Assembly (NCBI GenBank): GCA_965637545.1
Contig: OZ281495.1
Coordinates: 28,644,001-28,708,000, forward strand
From: Phallusia mammillata
Taxonomy: Eukaryota
Direction: 5' to 3'
Length of the DNA stretch: 64,000 nt
Position 1 is the first letter of the stretch, and every line of letters starts with the position of its first letter. Under the pieces are notes generated by a model, which was not told the origin of the DNA, did not search any database, and saw nothing but the letters and a program-made list of their open reading frames with translations. Made by a program: the position numbers and the translations under genes. Positions 63,276-64,000 of the stretch are shown one piece after another.

Positions 63276-64000
63276 GTAAACTGCTGCACAGAAGGAGTGG
63301 CCTATATGTTTGTTTATTTTTATGTGTATTTTGCTACTTTAGGATTTGCATATGGCTTCAAACAGACATAGGTAAAATAAATCTATTTAATACAAATAAA
63401 TTGTGTTCTGTCTGAATTATGCACATTTGAATTGTTTATGTAAGAATTGCTTTGCATGGTGGATCTAACACTGCCACTTTTTGTATGACAAATTTCTCTT
63501 TTTGTATGAAAATAGCTAACCAAGATTATAACCAAGAACCTTGTAGACAATCTGTCTTCTTTGCTGCATTGGTGCAAAGTTTTGTCCATATTGCCTAACC
63601 TTGCAATAAAACTAATGGGGTTTGATAATTATAAATATAGTTACATTCACAATCACAATCACCCACGACAAAAATTACAAATAAATTTCATGAGATATTA
63701 CAAGTTATATACTGACAAGGAGTATCAATTTATATTTTGTTATGTGCAAGCTTGTGGTTATTTATGTGAAAATAGCTAACTGTGGAGGAGGTAAAGTATC
63801 AGCCTTTTGTCTTCCAGTCTGGGTTTGATACAAATTGAATAAAAACAATCATTGTTCAATTTGTGTGATTTTGCGTCTTTTAGCTTTTGTTTTGGGTATC
63901 TAGTTACGATTCAATTTCACACGCTTGGTAACAAAACAACTTTGTTTGATTCTAATGTTTTGGTGGCAACACAGCAGTAATCTACTAAGAATTTGAGCCA

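Overview
Eukaryotic, AT-rich genomic DNA with GT-AG spliceosomal introns and no obvious CpG depletion. It looks like an invertebrate chordate, probably a tunicate, but that is inference. The window is dominated by one + strand semaphorin gene of class-6 type (class 1 is the alternative), with CDS from 22978 to 59351. I reconstructed it by hand into a phase-consistent exon chain: signal peptide, Sema domain, PSI domain, TM helix and Pro-rich cytoplasmic tail. Its most unusual feature is a 1.58-kb coding exon (50009-51583/51591) between the PSI exons and the TM exon. This exon encodes about 525 aa that I cannot assign to any family: 19 Cys, a degenerate internal duplication of about 170 aa, furin-type sites and a basic patch. 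It can be read either as a terminal exon (secreted semaphorin, about 1152 aa, with AATAAA plus a GU-rich element downstream) or as a phase-symmetric cassette spliced onto the TM exon. A second, unidentified + strand gene starts at about 61206 (4 exons visible, RFX half-site upstream) and apparently runs off the window end. Several non-autonomous hAT elements with NNNTANNN target duplications cluster at 53.2-57.6 kb. The first 21 kb and the 18.3-kb second intron are mostly non-coding, and most short ORFs in the supplied track look like noise. I found no rRNA, tRNA, CRISPR array or intact transposase.
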